A stretch of 61,887 nt of DNA from a virus. Taxonomy: Duplodnaviria; Caudoviricetes. This document shows, piece after piece, positions 9,500 to 18,400 of the stretch (the first letter of the stretch is position 1; every line of letters begins with the position of its first letter). Under the pieces are notes generated by a model that saw only the letters and a program-made list of their open reading frames with translations, was not told the origin of the DNA and made no database searches. The stretch is taken from positions 1 through 61,887 of the IMG/VR virus record IMGVR_UViG_3300028392_000003. One strand, given 5' to 3'. A program made the translations under genes and the position numbers.

Positions 9500-9738
9500 G
9501 CCATCGGGCCTCGTGCCATCAAGCCTTTAGTGGCTGCGCCAGTACCACGGATTTTAATACCGTCTGTTTTAACAGTCTCATTACCAGCGGATTTGCTGAT
9601 ATTACCGACAGACATATCAACTGTGTCTGCTTTGCTACGGTTTGGCTCTTTGCCGGGGTTCGACTCAACGGTTACGCTTTTGCCCGACATGGTGTGTGGC
9701 TTTGCGTAGGCTGATGCGGGTAGGTTATTTATTGCCAT
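9496..9738 (-). CDS. Small hypothetical protein
   Basis: C-terminal RGTGAATKG..ARGPMA; tightly packed in operon. Confidence 0.6.
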   Translation of the reverse strand: MAINNLPASAYAKPHTMSGKSVTVESNPGKEPNRSKADTVDMSVGNISKSAGNETVKTDGIKIRGTGAATKGLMARGPMA

Positions 9739-9739
9739 A

Positions 9740-9955
9740 TTAGCCTCCGCGTCCAGAACCGCGCTGGTTTACTACTTTAGCCATACCACGACCATAAGAC
9801 TTCATCATCTCATTGGTCTTGCCACCTTTAGCCAGTTTGGCTAAGTTCGTACCTTTGCCGCCTTTGTGTTCTTGCTTGTCGTGCATTTTAAAGGCTTTTT
9901 TAATCATCGCCTTATCTTGCGCCATGTCAGCTTTGCCTGATTCCATTTTTGCCAT
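9740..9955 (-). CDS. Small Lys-rich protein
   Basis: AGGAG RBS before ATG at 9955; contains LAKGG motif. Confidence 0.6.
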   Translation of the reverse strand: MAKMESGKADMAQDKAMIKKAFKMHDKQEHKGGKGTNLAKLAKGGKTNEMMKSYGRGMAKVVNQRGSGRGG

Positions 9956-9964
9956 TTTCAACTC

Positions 9965-10354
9965 CTAAGTTGTTACTACTGTGACTGTACCCAATTGCAC
10001 GTTTAATGCCAAGTTATTTGGTGTTAACGCCGCGTCAAACTCGCTTGCACCTCCAACGGGATTCCACCCCCACTGAAATATGCGACTACCGCCTCCAAGA
10101 TACCCATCTGCGCCAAGTCCAGAAACCTGATAGCTTACGTCAGGACGGGGATCACGCACACCTTGCGGGTCATCAACTGGGTACATACCCAACTGCAACT
10201 GTGGTTGATCTGGGTCCCAACATGAGGGGCAGACCAGCAAGTTATACGTCTTTGTCTTAACTACTTCTTTGCGCAATGAGGTCAGTTTGAATCTGAAGCC
10301 GCATCGGTCACATTCAGCAATCGAGTTCTTGCCGGATGAAAACCTGTTACCCAT
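9965..10354 (-). CDS. Zinc-finger-containing hypothetical protein
   Basis: CDRCG ... VCPSCWDPDQPQL. Confidence 0.7.
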   Translation of the reverse strand: MGNRFSSGKNSIAECDRCGFRFKLTSLRKEVVKTKTYNLLVCPSCWDPDQPQLQLGMYPVDDPQGVRDPRPDVSYQVSGLGADGYLGGGSRIFQWGWNPVGGASEFDAALTPNNLALNVQLGTVTVVTT

Positions 10355-11304
10355 TAGGTGCTACTCCCAATGAACATCTGGCGCGGTACAAGCCGGATTG
10401 ATGCCCGTTCTTGATCTTCGTCCGCAGCCGTCATCCAAGCCTCATCGTATTGCGCTTTAAGTATCTGTATTCTATCCATTCCACCGGGGACTTTAAGTGC
10501 CAAGTAGTAAGCCAGTCCTGCTGTCATGCAATTAATAAACCTAAAAGGTACATCCATGACATTAACACCATTACCGGCATCTTGCACGCGACGCATGCGC
10601 CAGTACACAAACTGATATGTCTGGGAGCCGTCAGGCGTAGGCCAGACTGTGATGCTCTGCTTTTGCACCAAACTGATTGCGTCACCAGTAGCGTGTGTTG
10701 CCGCTGTTGTGCCGTCTTGCCCACGTGTGCAATTCAAAAGGTACGCTGGTGTAGCGCCAGAAGCTACAGAAAACTCGTTGTAGCCAATTAATTCGGTGCC
10801 TATCCGTACAAACCCTGCATTGGGAATACCCACCAAACTAGTGACTGGGATAGATGTTGCTGTGGCTGTTATGGTTGAGGATACGGTGCCCGTCAAGACG
10901 GAAGCCTGCCCCGTTAAGCGCTGAATCCATACTTGGATAGGGCGGCCTTGGGTTAACTTGTTTGGGAGTGTGGCATACGTAGAAACACTAATACGTGTAA
11001 TTGTTAAGTCCGCTTGATTACTTGGGCTATTGGCCTGTGTGCGGATAACGTGTTCCAAAATGTCCGCTGTGTCGTCTGGCAACGCGTAGGTTGGCTGTCC
11101 TTGGGTCAGGGTAATCACATCCTGCTCAAACGTCCACATGTTGACGCCACGATTAGCCCAGTCAGCAAACAACAAATTCAAAGACCTACGCGCTGTGCGC
11201 ATGTCATAGCCAGTGCGCAACTCCGAACCCACGCGTTCAAACGCTTCCTCCACTATTTCAGAGAGGTCTAAGTTAAACGACGAGTTTCCGGAGGTGTTGG
11301 CCAT
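10354..11304 (-). CDS. Head-completion/adaptor-like virion protein
   Basis: IVEEAFER..RTARRSLNLLFADWANRG..GRP.Q..VWPTPD..GLAYYLA; Thr-rich internal insertion. Confidence 0.65.
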   Translation of the reverse strand: MANTSGNSSFNLDLSEIVEEAFERVGSELRTGYDMRTARRSLNLLFADWANRGVNMWTFEQDVITLTQGQPTYALPDDTADILEHVIRTQANSPSNQADLTITRISVSTYATLPNKLTQGRPIQVWIQRLTGQASVLTGTVSSTITATATSIPVTSLVGIPNAGFVRIGTELIGYNEFSVASGATPAYLLNCTRGQDGTTAATHATGDAISLVQKQSITVWPTPDGSQTYQFVYWRMRRVQDAGNGVNVMDVPFRFINCMTAGLAYYLALKVPGGMDRIQILKAQYDEAWMTAADEDQERASIRLVPRQMFIGSST

Positions 11305-11305
11305 G

Positions 11306-11479
11306 TTACTTTAGCTTCTTTAGCGTCTGTGCCAGTCGTGCACGTTGGCCCATTTTTCCGGGGGCTTTGGCTGCTTTTGCCAACTTCGCGGCGGGAATCT
11401 TTTTCCCTTCTTTCACACCAAGCTCTGACCGCAGAGCCCCGGGCTTCTTGATTGCTTTTTGAATCCATTTTTCAGCCAT
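11306..11479 (-). CDS. Small basic protein
   Basis: MAEKWIQKAIKKPGALR...RARLAQTLKKLK; GGAG RBS supports start at 11479. Confidence 0.7.
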   Translation of the reverse strand: MAEKWIQKAIKKPGALRSELGVKEGKKIPAAKLAKAAKAPGKMGQRARLAQTLKKLK

Positions 11480-11688
11480 TATAAGTTCTCCACAGTTTGA
11501 TAAGCTTTTAAAAGACCTTGCAAACGCTCGATCTCTTCGTCGCGTTCTTTGAGTTTGTTTATAAGGCTTTCGTTCATGTCGGCCCAAACTAGTACCTGAC
11601 CCATGCGCTCTTTGTGGTCGCGGCGCATCATCTCAAATAGTTGTTCACTAATATCAAGTTGCTTTTGAATGTGGCTTGCTATGGTCAT
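11479..11688 (-). CDS. Small coiled-coil protein
   Basis: ORF coupled to both neighbours. Confidence 0.6.
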   Translation of the reverse strand: MTIASHIQKQLDISEQLFEMMRRDHKERMGQVLVWADMNESLINKLKERDEEIERLQGLLKAYQTVENL

Positions 11689-12023
11689 CTGTAACTCGCT
11701 GTTTTCTTTGCTATGCTTTTAGGCTGGGCTACGAATTGCTTCCCGGCTTTTTTGCCAGCACGCTTTGCACGTGTTGTAGCAGCGTACTCAGCAGGGCTGA
11801 GACTTTTGATCGCAGCTTTTGGAAGGTATCGTTCACCTGTGTCAGAAGATTTTTTACCACTTTTAGTCGTCCAATCTTGTTTGCCCCAGTCCTTGAGAGA
11901 CTGTTGCGGTTTAGCTAACCCGCCACCCGCCATTTTTTTCTTACCCGCACAGTGCGCCTTCTGCGAAAAACCTTTTGGGTTATCACAATCTATTGACGCT
12001 TTGTACTTTTTTGACCAAGTCAT
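11685..12023 (-). CDS. Small basic protein (DUF5872-like)
   Basis: SLKDWGKQDWTTKSGK..TGERYLPK. Confidence 0.65.
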   Translation of the reverse strand: MTWSKKYKASIDCDNPKGFSQKAHCAGKKKMAGGGLAKPQQSLKDWGKQDWTTKSGKKSSDTGERYLPKAAIKSLSPAEYAATTRAKRAGKKAGKQFVAQPKSIAKKTASYR

Positions 12024-12304
12024 TTGTATCCGCCACCCGCGGCTTTATAGCGCTTAGCCATGACCTGAGCTTTGCGTGCTGACCACTGACCTGCACCCGT
12101 GCCGACAATTGCCGCAGCTTTTACGCTGTTAAAAATACGTTTGCGTAACTCGGGTTTGGTGTAGTTACCAGCCGCATTTACTTTGGATTTTACCTTGCCA
12201 CCTTCTTTATACTGAGTAAAGTCGGTGTCATCACGGCGTGCTTTTTTCACGCCTTTAGGCATTTTGCTGGGGACTACCGCCCCCATTCCACGACTGGGCA
12301 TCAT
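12020..12304 (-). CDS. Small basic protein (DUF5872-like)
   Basis: NYTKPELRKRI..GQWSARKAQ..YKAAGGGYK. Confidence 0.65.
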   Translation of the reverse strand: MMPSRGMGAVVPSKMPKGVKKARRDDTDFTQYKEGGKVKSKVNAAGNYTKPELRKRIFNSVKAAAIVGTGAGQWSARKAQVMAKRYKAAGGGYK

Positions 12305-12308
12305 GGTT

Positions 12309-12662
12309 TTAGCAGGCTTTGCCGCCCATGTTCATGCGAACTTGTTTAGCCTTGGTTTTGCCTTTTGAAGCAATTCCGTCAGCAGAACGTGTAAAGCCGC
12401 CTGATGCCATTTTCTTAGCAGTGCCGCCTTTTTTCATTGGCATTTCTGCTTTAGCTCCGGCTTTTTTCTTAGCCATCATTGCCATAAATCCGGGGTTCAT
12501 TTTAGAAGCCATAGTATCACCACCTTTTTTAAAAGATTTGCCTTTGTCGGCGTTGTTGAAATCCTTGCCCACAGACTGCGGGACTCCTACTTTCTTAGCA
12601 AACGAAGGCGAGTGCGCTATCGCGGCCATGAAATTGTGCTGTTTTTTACTCGTGCTTGGCAT
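12309..12662 (-). CDS. Small Lys/Met-rich protein with four xxxGG motifs
   Basis: MPSTSKKQHNFMAA; FKKGG, MKKGG, MASGG, MNMGG. Confidence 0.65.
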   Translation of the reverse strand: MPSTSKKQHNFMAAIAHSPSFAKKVGVPQSVGKDFNNADKGKSFKKGGDTMASKMNPGFMAMMAKKKAGAKAEMPMKKGGTAKKMASGGFTRSADGIASKGKTKAKQVRMNMGGKAC

Positions 12663-12840
12663 ATTTGGCTATCAAGTTTTTAACAGTTTCGGTTTCGTAT
12701 ATACGAATAATCATCCACACAATGGTCAATATTCCACCACATAAAGCAACTACGGGTGGGAACCACTCCATAAAGCCACCGAGGCCGACTACAACGGCAG
12801 CGCCGTCAGCCATTACTTTTGCATCATGTGTGTTAGTCAT
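12646..12840 (-). CDS. Small membrane protein
   Basis: Hydrophobic helices followed by IRIYETETV. Confidence 0.6.
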   Translation of the reverse strand: MTNTHDAKVMADGAAVVVGLGGFMEWFPPVVALCGGILTIVWMIIRIYETETVKNLIAKYAKHE

Positions 12841-12841
12841 A

Positions 12842-13096
12842 TCAGCAGTTCCAAGCCCGTAGGCTCTTGTTAATTCGGGAGTTCGGGTCTTTCGCTGTCT
12901 TCGCGGAAGTGAGTTTCTTCTTCATGCCACTCATCCTTGCGCAAAAAGAGTCTCGCCGTGAGCCGCCTTCTGGTTGTGGGGCTTTTAACCCCGGCTTGCC
13001 CGGATTGGCTTTGTTGTAGGAAGCCCGCCCTTTGGCGTTCAACCCACCCTTCTCTGATTTGCCTTCTTTGCGAGTCCATGCTGGTGATTTAGCCAT
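12842..13096 (-). CDS. Small basic protein (DUF6321-like)
   Basis: AWTRKEGK..GGLNAKGRASY..RRDSFCARM..SRINKSLRAWNC. Confidence 0.7.
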   Translation of the reverse strand: MAKSPAWTRKEGKSEKGGLNAKGRASYNKANPGKPGLKAPQPEGGSRRDSFCARMSGMKKKLTSAKTAKDPNSRINKSLRAWNC

Positions 13097-13832
13097 TTAC
13101 AACTTTCAAGCGTGATTCCCGAATGCTATCCAGCAACGGGATAACAACTTCCTCGCGGAAGTTTCTGGTGAACGATTCACTACCAATATGGGGCAGACTA
13201 ATGTCTACATCAACGTGAACTGTAAACCCCATATCCGTCGCTCTGTCGCAGAACAAATAGTCTTCGCCAATATATTGGTCATCCTTGATGTCAAAATCAA
13301 ACAGTGCGTACATTCTCTCGCCTGTAGGCTTGTTCTTGTAAGACCACTCAGGGTGCGCTTCCACCATTTCTTCAATCACATGGCGTTGAATCAGCATGAA
13401 CCCTGTGCCGATACGCTTAACCCGCATGAGAGAACCGTCAAACTCAAGGTTTTCGTTCTTGTCCCAATACAGGTCTGTAAAGAATTTCTTGTCATGCGCT
13501 CTGCGTGGGTATGTGCCCGCAGTGATGTCTTTGCCGCTACTTTGCGCCATCAAACGCAAGATGTCATTGGGTGTTACCACAACGTCTGAATCAATAAACA
13601 ACAGTTCTGTGCAATCGGTCTTTAAAAATTCATGCACAAGCGAGTTACGCGCCATCGTAATGATGGAGCAGTTTGAAATATCAGATAGCGTTACAGAAAC
13701 GCCAAGGCGCATAGCTTCTGGCATTAACTGCGCAATAGCATATGCGGTCTTGACGTTCAAACGTCCATCATGGCAGGGTATGCCGATAAACAGCTTACGC
13801 CCTGTCAAAACTGCTTGCTTGGTATCAGCCAT
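13089..13832 (-). CDS. Glycosyltransferase, GT-A fold (GT2-like)
   Basis: IGIP, ARN, LLFIDSD (DxD), GTGFMLI, GEDYLFC motifs; likely start MADTKQ. Confidence 0.85.
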   Translation of the reverse strand: MADTKQAVLTGRKLFIGIPCHDGRLNVKTAYAIAQLMPEAMRLGVSVTLSDISNCSIITMARNSLVHEFLKTDCTELLFIDSDVVVTPNDILRLMAQSSGKDITAGTYPRRAHDKKFFTDLYWDKNENLEFDGSLMRVKRIGTGFMLIQRHVIEEMVEAHPEWSYKNKPTGERMYALFDFDIKDDQYIGEDYLFCDRATDMGFTVHVDVDISLPHIGSESFTRNFREEVVIPLLDSIRESRLKVVNG

Positions 13833-14331
13833 AGTAAATATTACACGCCGATACGTTAGACAGGTAAGCATATATGCCGTTTACAGCCAATACGCCATCA
13901 TCCGCAATAATTGGTGAGTTATTAAAAGTGTCACTTGCCGCTACGTCATAACTCAAAAGCCATTTGCTTGCATACACCATTGTTGGAGAAGCAGTAATAG
14001 TTCCCGAATTAATGTCTGTAACTGTAAATGTGCTTGAGTTTGTAACGGTTACTACATAGTTTCCGTTAGTGGCTGTTCCGCCCGTACCTGCGGCAAAGTC
14101 AATACCAATCGTGTCGCCAGTTGTAAATCCGTGTGCGGATTGTGTGACGGTTACAGTATTTCCAGAGCGCCCGTAGGTAGCCGTAGTTACAGGTGCCGTA
14201 GTAGTATCAAACAAAGCCAAAAACCCAGCACTTGATGTGCCAGTAAATGAGATGCCTTTGATTCGGTTCCTACCAAGAACTAAAAAACCACTGCCGTTTA
14301 GGTGCGCTTGTTTTACATTGGTTTGATTCAT
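13825..14331 (-). CDS. Thr-rich virion structural protein
   Basis: TVTVTQSAHGFTTGD..NGNYVVTV..TFT beta-sandwich-like insertion; AGGAG RBS. Confidence 0.6.
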   Translation of the reverse strand: MNQTNVKQAHLNGSGFLVLGRNRIKGISFTGTSSAGFLALFDTTTAPVTTATYGRSGNTVTVTQSAHGFTTGDTIGIDFAAGTGGTATNGNYVVTVTNSSTFTVTDINSGTITASPTMVYASKWLLSYDVAASDTFNNSPIIADDGVLAVNGIYAYLSNVSACNIYYG

Positions 14332-14374
14332 AATTAATCTCCTGTTATGAGGGGGCCGAAGCCCCCGTGATTAA

Positions 14375-14839
14375 TTACTGTTGTAAAGCAGGTTGTGCTT
14401 GGTTACCGCTTGAATCACGCACAGCGTAACTGATGATGATTGTTGCAGCACCAGTAGACAGGGAAGTGCCTGCCATTGTGTAAGTGATGAATACATCAGT
14501 AGAACCAGTGTTCAACCACAATGCTGGGGTACTTGAATTAGCACCCAAAGCAACGCTACCAACGCTGGTAATCGTTCCTGTAGTGGTGAAGTCTGTTCCA
14601 CCGTTAGATAGTTTAAGAGTTGTTGCCGCACTAAATACGGTAGTCGTTACGACTTTGATATCAACGATCTGTGAGCCAGCAGGAATGGAAATAGCATTTC
14701 CAGTCAATGTACCGTACACGACGTCAACAGATTGAGAAACAACGGTACAACCAGTGTTACGGGTTGTAGCGGCAGTAGTGCCAGTTGTGTTTTTTGTGGT
14801 GCCCAATAACCAAGGGCCTAGGTGAGTTGCGAATCCCAT
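14375..14839 (-). CDS. Virion structural protein (capsid decoration-like)
   Basis: Thr-rich beta protein, IPAGSQIVDI; AGGAG RBS; follows capsid region. Confidence 0.6.
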   Translation of the reverse strand: MGFATHLGPWLLGTTKNTTGTTAATTRNTGCTVVSQSVDVVYGTLTGNAISIPAGSQIVDIKVVTTTVFSAATTLKLSNGGTDFTTTGTITSVGSVALGANSSTPALWLNTGSTDVFITYTMAGTSLSTGAATIIISYAVRDSSGNQAQPALQQ

Positions 14840-14863
14840 GAGGATCTCCTATACATGCGTTGG

Positions 14864-14922
14864 GGCGTATCAATCTGCATGAGGTCAGCCGAGCCTGTTT
14901 GATACACCGATGGATCTCGGAT
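14864..14922 (-). ncRNA. Structured pseudoknotted leader RNA (possibly Mu-gpT-DE-like)
   Basis: CCGAG(14920-14916)/CUCGG(14893-14889) crosses GGUGUAUCAA(14908-14899)/UUGAUACGCC(14873-14864); U-G pair favours minus strand. Confidence 0.55.
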
Positions 14923-14928
14923 GCGTTT

Positions 14929-14956
14929 AATATACACTATTTTCAAAAGATGTCAA
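14929..14956 (-). promoter_or_regulatory. Sigma70-type promoter
   Basis: TTGACA-16 nt-TATATT on minus strand directly upstream of structured leader. Confidence 0.65.
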
Positions 14957-14995
14957 CGCCATATTTATGTCACGATAATCGAAAATAATGCAACT

Positions 14996-15424
14996 ATGAC
15001 ATACAAAGTCCGCCTCGTAAATCACCAAGACCCCAAGTGGCGGGCTACCCTCAAATCTTTGCAAAAAGAATGCTTACCCGGAGACACTGTTTATGCGCCC
15101 AACAACGGATACTGGCACTTGGCTTTTGGACAAGATATGGTACCTGTTGGTTTCTCCGGTCTTGTTCCTTCTCAGCGCTGGGGTGATTGCATGTATCTGT
15201 GCCGTTCAGGTGTGCTACCTAGTCATCGTGGACAAGGACTGCAGAAGAGACTTATTAGAGCCCGTATACAAGTGGCTAAAGAAAAAGGTATGGCGTGGCT
15301 AGTAACAGACACGCACTCTAACCCAGCATCAGCAAACAGCTTGATTGCTTGTGGTTTTAAAATGTTTGACCCCTCTGTGCCGTGGGCTGCAAAAGGTGCG
15401 GTCTATTGGCGGCTAAAACTGTAA
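14996..15424 (+). CDS. GNAT-family acetyltransferase
   Basis: Motif A VLPSHRGQGLQKRLI, N.AS.NSLI.CGF; opposite strand to late operon; start uncertain (14921 or 14996). Confidence 0.85.
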   Translation: MTYKVRLVNHQDPKWRATLKSLQKECLPGDTVYAPNNGYWHLAFGQDMVPVGFSGLVPSQRWGDCMYLCRSGVLPSHRGQGLQKRLIRARIQVAKEKGMAWLVTDTHSNPASANSLIACGFKMFDPSVPWAAKGAVYWRLKL

Positions 15425-15476
15425 TGGTTCATATATAGCCCATTAAGCCCCTTAATGACACATTAATGGATCATAT

Positions 15477-15866
15477 ATGCCCTATAAAGACAAAGAAAAA
15501 CGCAAAGCCGCTTCTAAAAAAGGGTCAGCAACCTATTACGAAAAAAACAAAGACGCTGTAAAAGCTAGGACTGACAAGAAAAGAAAGCAACAAAATGCAG
15601 AATGGCGGGCCTTTAAAGCAACGCTAAGTTGTAGCCAGTGCGGGTTTAGCCACCCAGCGGCTATGGACTTTCACCACACAAACAAAGACGACAAAGAAGG
15701 CGGAGTGCACGAATTTGCCCGTATGCGTAACTACAAAAAAGCCTACGAAGAAATAAAAAAATGTATCGTATTATGCGCAAACTGCCACAGAATTGTTCAT
15801 TATACTGACCATTATCAAAAGAAAGCTGCCAAAAAGGCAAAGAAAAACGGGGCCGAAGCCCCGTAA
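15477..15866 (+). CDS. HNH endonuclease-like protein
   Basis: CSQCG..AMDFHH..KCIVLCANCHRIVH. Confidence 0.8.
   Translation: MPYKDKEKRKAASKKGSATYYEKNKDAVKARTDKKRKQQNAEWRAFKATLSCSQCGFSHPAAMDFHHTNKDDKEGGVHEFARMRNYKKAYEEIKKCIVLCANCHRIVHYTDHYQKKAAKKAKKNGAEAP
15841..15864 (-). terminator. Rho-independent terminator with UUCG loop (possibly bidirectional)
   Basis: ACGGGGC-TTCG-GCCCCGT then T-run on minus strand, between convergent genes. Confidence 0.75.
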
Positions 15867-15886
15867 AATCCGGAAACTAAACCCGA

Positions 15887-16267
15887 TTATTTTTCTTCAG
15901 GGGCTTGAGTAATGTTGAAAATGTATGTATTTCCAGCATCTTCTCCGACGGTTTCGTCAGATTCATCTTCATCCTCTTCTGGATCGACTTCAAACCACTC
16001 GTCAGTTTCTGCATCGTATTGATACCATGCGTCATTTTCTGCATCATAGAAATAATCGCCGTCTTCGTCTTCGTACTCTTCGTCTTCGGCTTCTTCTTCG
16101 TCTTCGTCTTCGTCTTCTACGACGTCGTAGTCTACAGCCCAGCCGTAATCTTTTTGGAATTCAATGAACTCGCGGATGATTTCAATCTTTTCAAAATCAA
16201 AGGTCTCAATAGTCATTACTTCGTCGTCGGTACCCCAAGCGCTGAGGTCAATAGTGATTTTATACAT
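15887..16267 (-). CDS. Highly acidic protein with aromatic octamer (OCRE-like) repeats
   Basis: Long D/E tracts; YFYDAENDAWYQYDAETDEWFE; GGAG RBS before ATG 16267. Confidence 0.65.
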   Translation of the reverse strand: MYKITIDLSAWGTDDEVMTIETFDFEKIEIIREFIEFQKDYGWAVDYDVVEDEDEDEEEAEDEEYEDEDGDYFYDAENDAWYQYDAETDEWFEVDPEEDEDESDETVGEDAGNTYIFNITQAPEEK

Positions 16268-16348
16268 AGGTGCTCCAAGGTTAAAAAGGATACAGCGTCG
16301 GGGCTGTAACTCCATGCTAGACGACCTTTATTACTTACACAAGACAAT

Positions 16349-16373
16349 AAAAAAGGCCCCTTGTGGGGGCCTT
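16349..16373 (-). terminator. Terminator after major capsid gene
   Basis: AAGGCCCC-N5-GGGGCCTT followed by T-run on minus strand. Confidence 0.75.
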
Positions 16374-16396
16374 CCGTTGGAACCAAAGTTTTACTT

Positions 16397-17308
16397 TTAG
16401 GTAGAACCGGGTGAACCAAACACACCTAAAGGATCAGACCAGCCGAAGCTGTAACGCTCACGAGACTTGTAACGGACGTTGCCGGTATCAAAGTCACCGT
16501 CCATTGAATTGCTCAATGGTGTGCGCTCAAAATGCTTCAAGCCGTTAGGTACATCAGTAGTCAAGAACCAACCGTTTGTGTCGGTCAAGAAGTGATTAAC
16601 TGTGTAGCCTTCAGGGATTGCACCGTTGTTCTTCAATGCGTTGATATCGTTATCAGTAGTACCAACACGGAGGTTAGTCTCTAACAAACGGGTAGCAACG
16701 AACATCAAAGCTGGCGGAATAATCAACTTGCGTGGTTTAGCAGCGATCAACAGACCACGCTCATCAGTCCAAGCGGCGATTTGAATGACGGCATTCTCAA
16801 GAGAAGTTTCGTTCAAGTCAGCGTTGGTAGAAGGACGATTGCTGTTGGTGCCACCAGAAACCAAGGGGTGTGCTGTAGAGAACAATGCAACGCCGTCGCC
16901 ACCGAGGTAGCTAGAAGAGAAGCCGTTGTTCAAAACAGAAGCTGCCTTGACTTGCTTGGTGTAAGACATAGCACGAGCCAAAGCCTTGGTGTAACGTGCA
17001 GACAAGGAGTCATACAAGTTATCTTCCACAGCTTCTTCAGTGATGGAGAAGCCAAGAGCGATAGTTTCGTGGTTGTAACGTGCGGTAAATGCTTCCTGTG
17101 CGTTGTCGTACTGGATTGCAGAACCTTCGTTCTTAACAGGAGCAGCAGAGAAACCAGAAAGTTTGGTCTCTTCTTCAAAGCTACGCTCAGATTTCTCTGT
17201 TTCGTAGATTTCTTTGTGCTCTTCGCCGTAACGGGCGTACTCAAGACCGAACAATGCGTTCAGGCCGGGGAGCAGTTCTTTAAGTAGTTGTGCGCGTGAA
17301 ATAGCCAT
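16397..17308 (-). CDS. Major capsid protein (Mu gpT-like family)
   Basis: MAISRAQLLKELLPGLNALFGLEY, GDGVALFSTAHP, RERYSFGWSD; strong RBS, downstream terminator. Confidence 0.9.
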   Translation of the reverse strand: MAISRAQLLKELLPGLNALFGLEYARYGEEHKEIYETEKSERSFEEETKLSGFSAAPVKNEGSAIQYDNAQEAFTARYNHETIALGFSITEEAVEDNLYDSLSARYTKALARAMSYTKQVKAASVLNNGFSSSYLGGDGVALFSTAHPLVSGGTNSNRPSTNADLNETSLENAVIQIAAWTDERGLLIAAKPRKLIIPPALMFVATRLLETNLRVGTTDNDINALKNNGAIPEGYTVNHFLTDTNGWFLTTDVPNGLKHFERTPLSNSMDGDFDTGNVRYKSRERYSFGWSDPLGVFGSPGST

Positions 17309-17321
17309 GATTAATTACTCC

Positions 17322-17936
17322 TTAGATACCGGTGGTATCGGTGTACTGGTGCAAGTTGAACTTGACCAAGAACTCGTAATAGGTCGTAGCTGCAACACCG
17401 GCAGGGCCAGTGGCGGTATCAGGCACAACGTCAATTACACGAACGGGCAATGTGTTAGTGGTAGCAGCGGCAGTGCCGTCAATACCATAGTACGAATCGC
17501 CTGTGACAGTATTACCAGTAGTAACGGAAATTGGCACGTTAGCGCCAACGATTGCACGGGTAAACGCGGTAGGAACCGTAGTTTGACCGCTAGTTGCTAC
17601 AACTCTAAACACTGCGTTTGGATCATCCACAACATAGCCGAAAGCCATTGCTGTAGAAGTAGACACGCCTGCTGGGTAGTACTGTCCTTGAACAGTCTGG
17701 CTTTGGCTATTAAGATACTGGCAACCAACCAACACACCAACACTGTCGCCAGTGGCAGTAGCTGTTTTGGCAACCAAGTAGCCGCTAGTGTCCACCTGTA
17801 CGGTGTCACCATTTAAAATTGCAGTAGCGTAAGCTGGTGCAATAGGGATTTGACGGATCGCTCCGGCGTATGGAAGCCCATCCAGTCGGTTGACTGGTTT
17901 GAACCCGTACGTCTTATCAACGGTGGGATAAGCCAT
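17322..17936 (-). CDS. Head-associated structural protein
   Basis: YGFKPV..GDTV..GVLVGCQY..DDPN; immediately upstream of capsid gene. Confidence 0.65.
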   Translation of the reverse strand: MAYPTVDKTYGFKPVNRLDGLPYAGAIRQIPIAPAYATAILNGDTVQVDTSGYLVAKTATATGDSVGVLVGCQYLNSQSQTVQGQYYPAGVSTSTAMAFGYVVDDPNAVFRVVATSGQTTVPTAFTRAIVGANVPISVTTGNTVTGDSYYGIDGTAAATTNTLPVRVIDVVPDTATGPAGVAATTYYEFLVKFNLHQYTDTTGI

Positions 17937-17947
17937 TTAAGACTCCT

Positions 17948-18400
17948 TTATTTAGAACCTGAACCAAATCCGCTTCCTCTGCTGGTCGTTGACTTTCGGT
18001 CTGAAAACAGCGGCATACGCGGGTCGTTATTTTTCATGAAGTGGTTGTCCACTGAATCCATCTGGTTCTGAGCTTGCTCGTTATAGTAATCTTTCATGGC
18101 CATGAGTCTTTCGGTTGGAATTTTGCAAAGCATCAATCCACCAATTTCCACATTACCATTTGCATTACCCGGAAGCATCAGTTCTGGATGGTCTGCTGCC
18201 TTCACTGGTTCCCAACCGTCGCGCATCTTGTGAGATACGTTTGTAGGATGGGCCTGACCTAAGATATGAGTCGCTATATAGCGGAACTCCCATCCGGGTT
18301 CAGGGGTAGGATCGGGCAACGAGCTCGAAGGTTTATACACCATTCGGACTGCTTTTTCGCGTGTCAAATTGTCACGAGGGGTGGTACGGTTTTCAGCCAT
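17948..18400 (-). CDS. Conserved head-module hypothetical protein
   Basis: LPDP..GW.FRY..GWEPV..IGGLMLCKIP. Confidence 0.7.
   Translation of the reverse strand: MAENRTTPRDNLTREKAVRMVYKPSSSLPDPTPEPGWEFRYIATHILGQAHPTNVSHKMRDGWEPVKAADHPELMLPGNANGNVEIGGLMLCKIPTERLMAMKDYYNEQAQNQMDSVDNHFMKNNDPRMPLFSDRKSTTSRGSGFGSGSK

Noticed and set aside
14351-14366. Terminator (GGGGGC-TTCG-GCCCCC on minus)
   Set aside because: No U-tract and lies within a continuing operon; more likely a stabilising hairpin.
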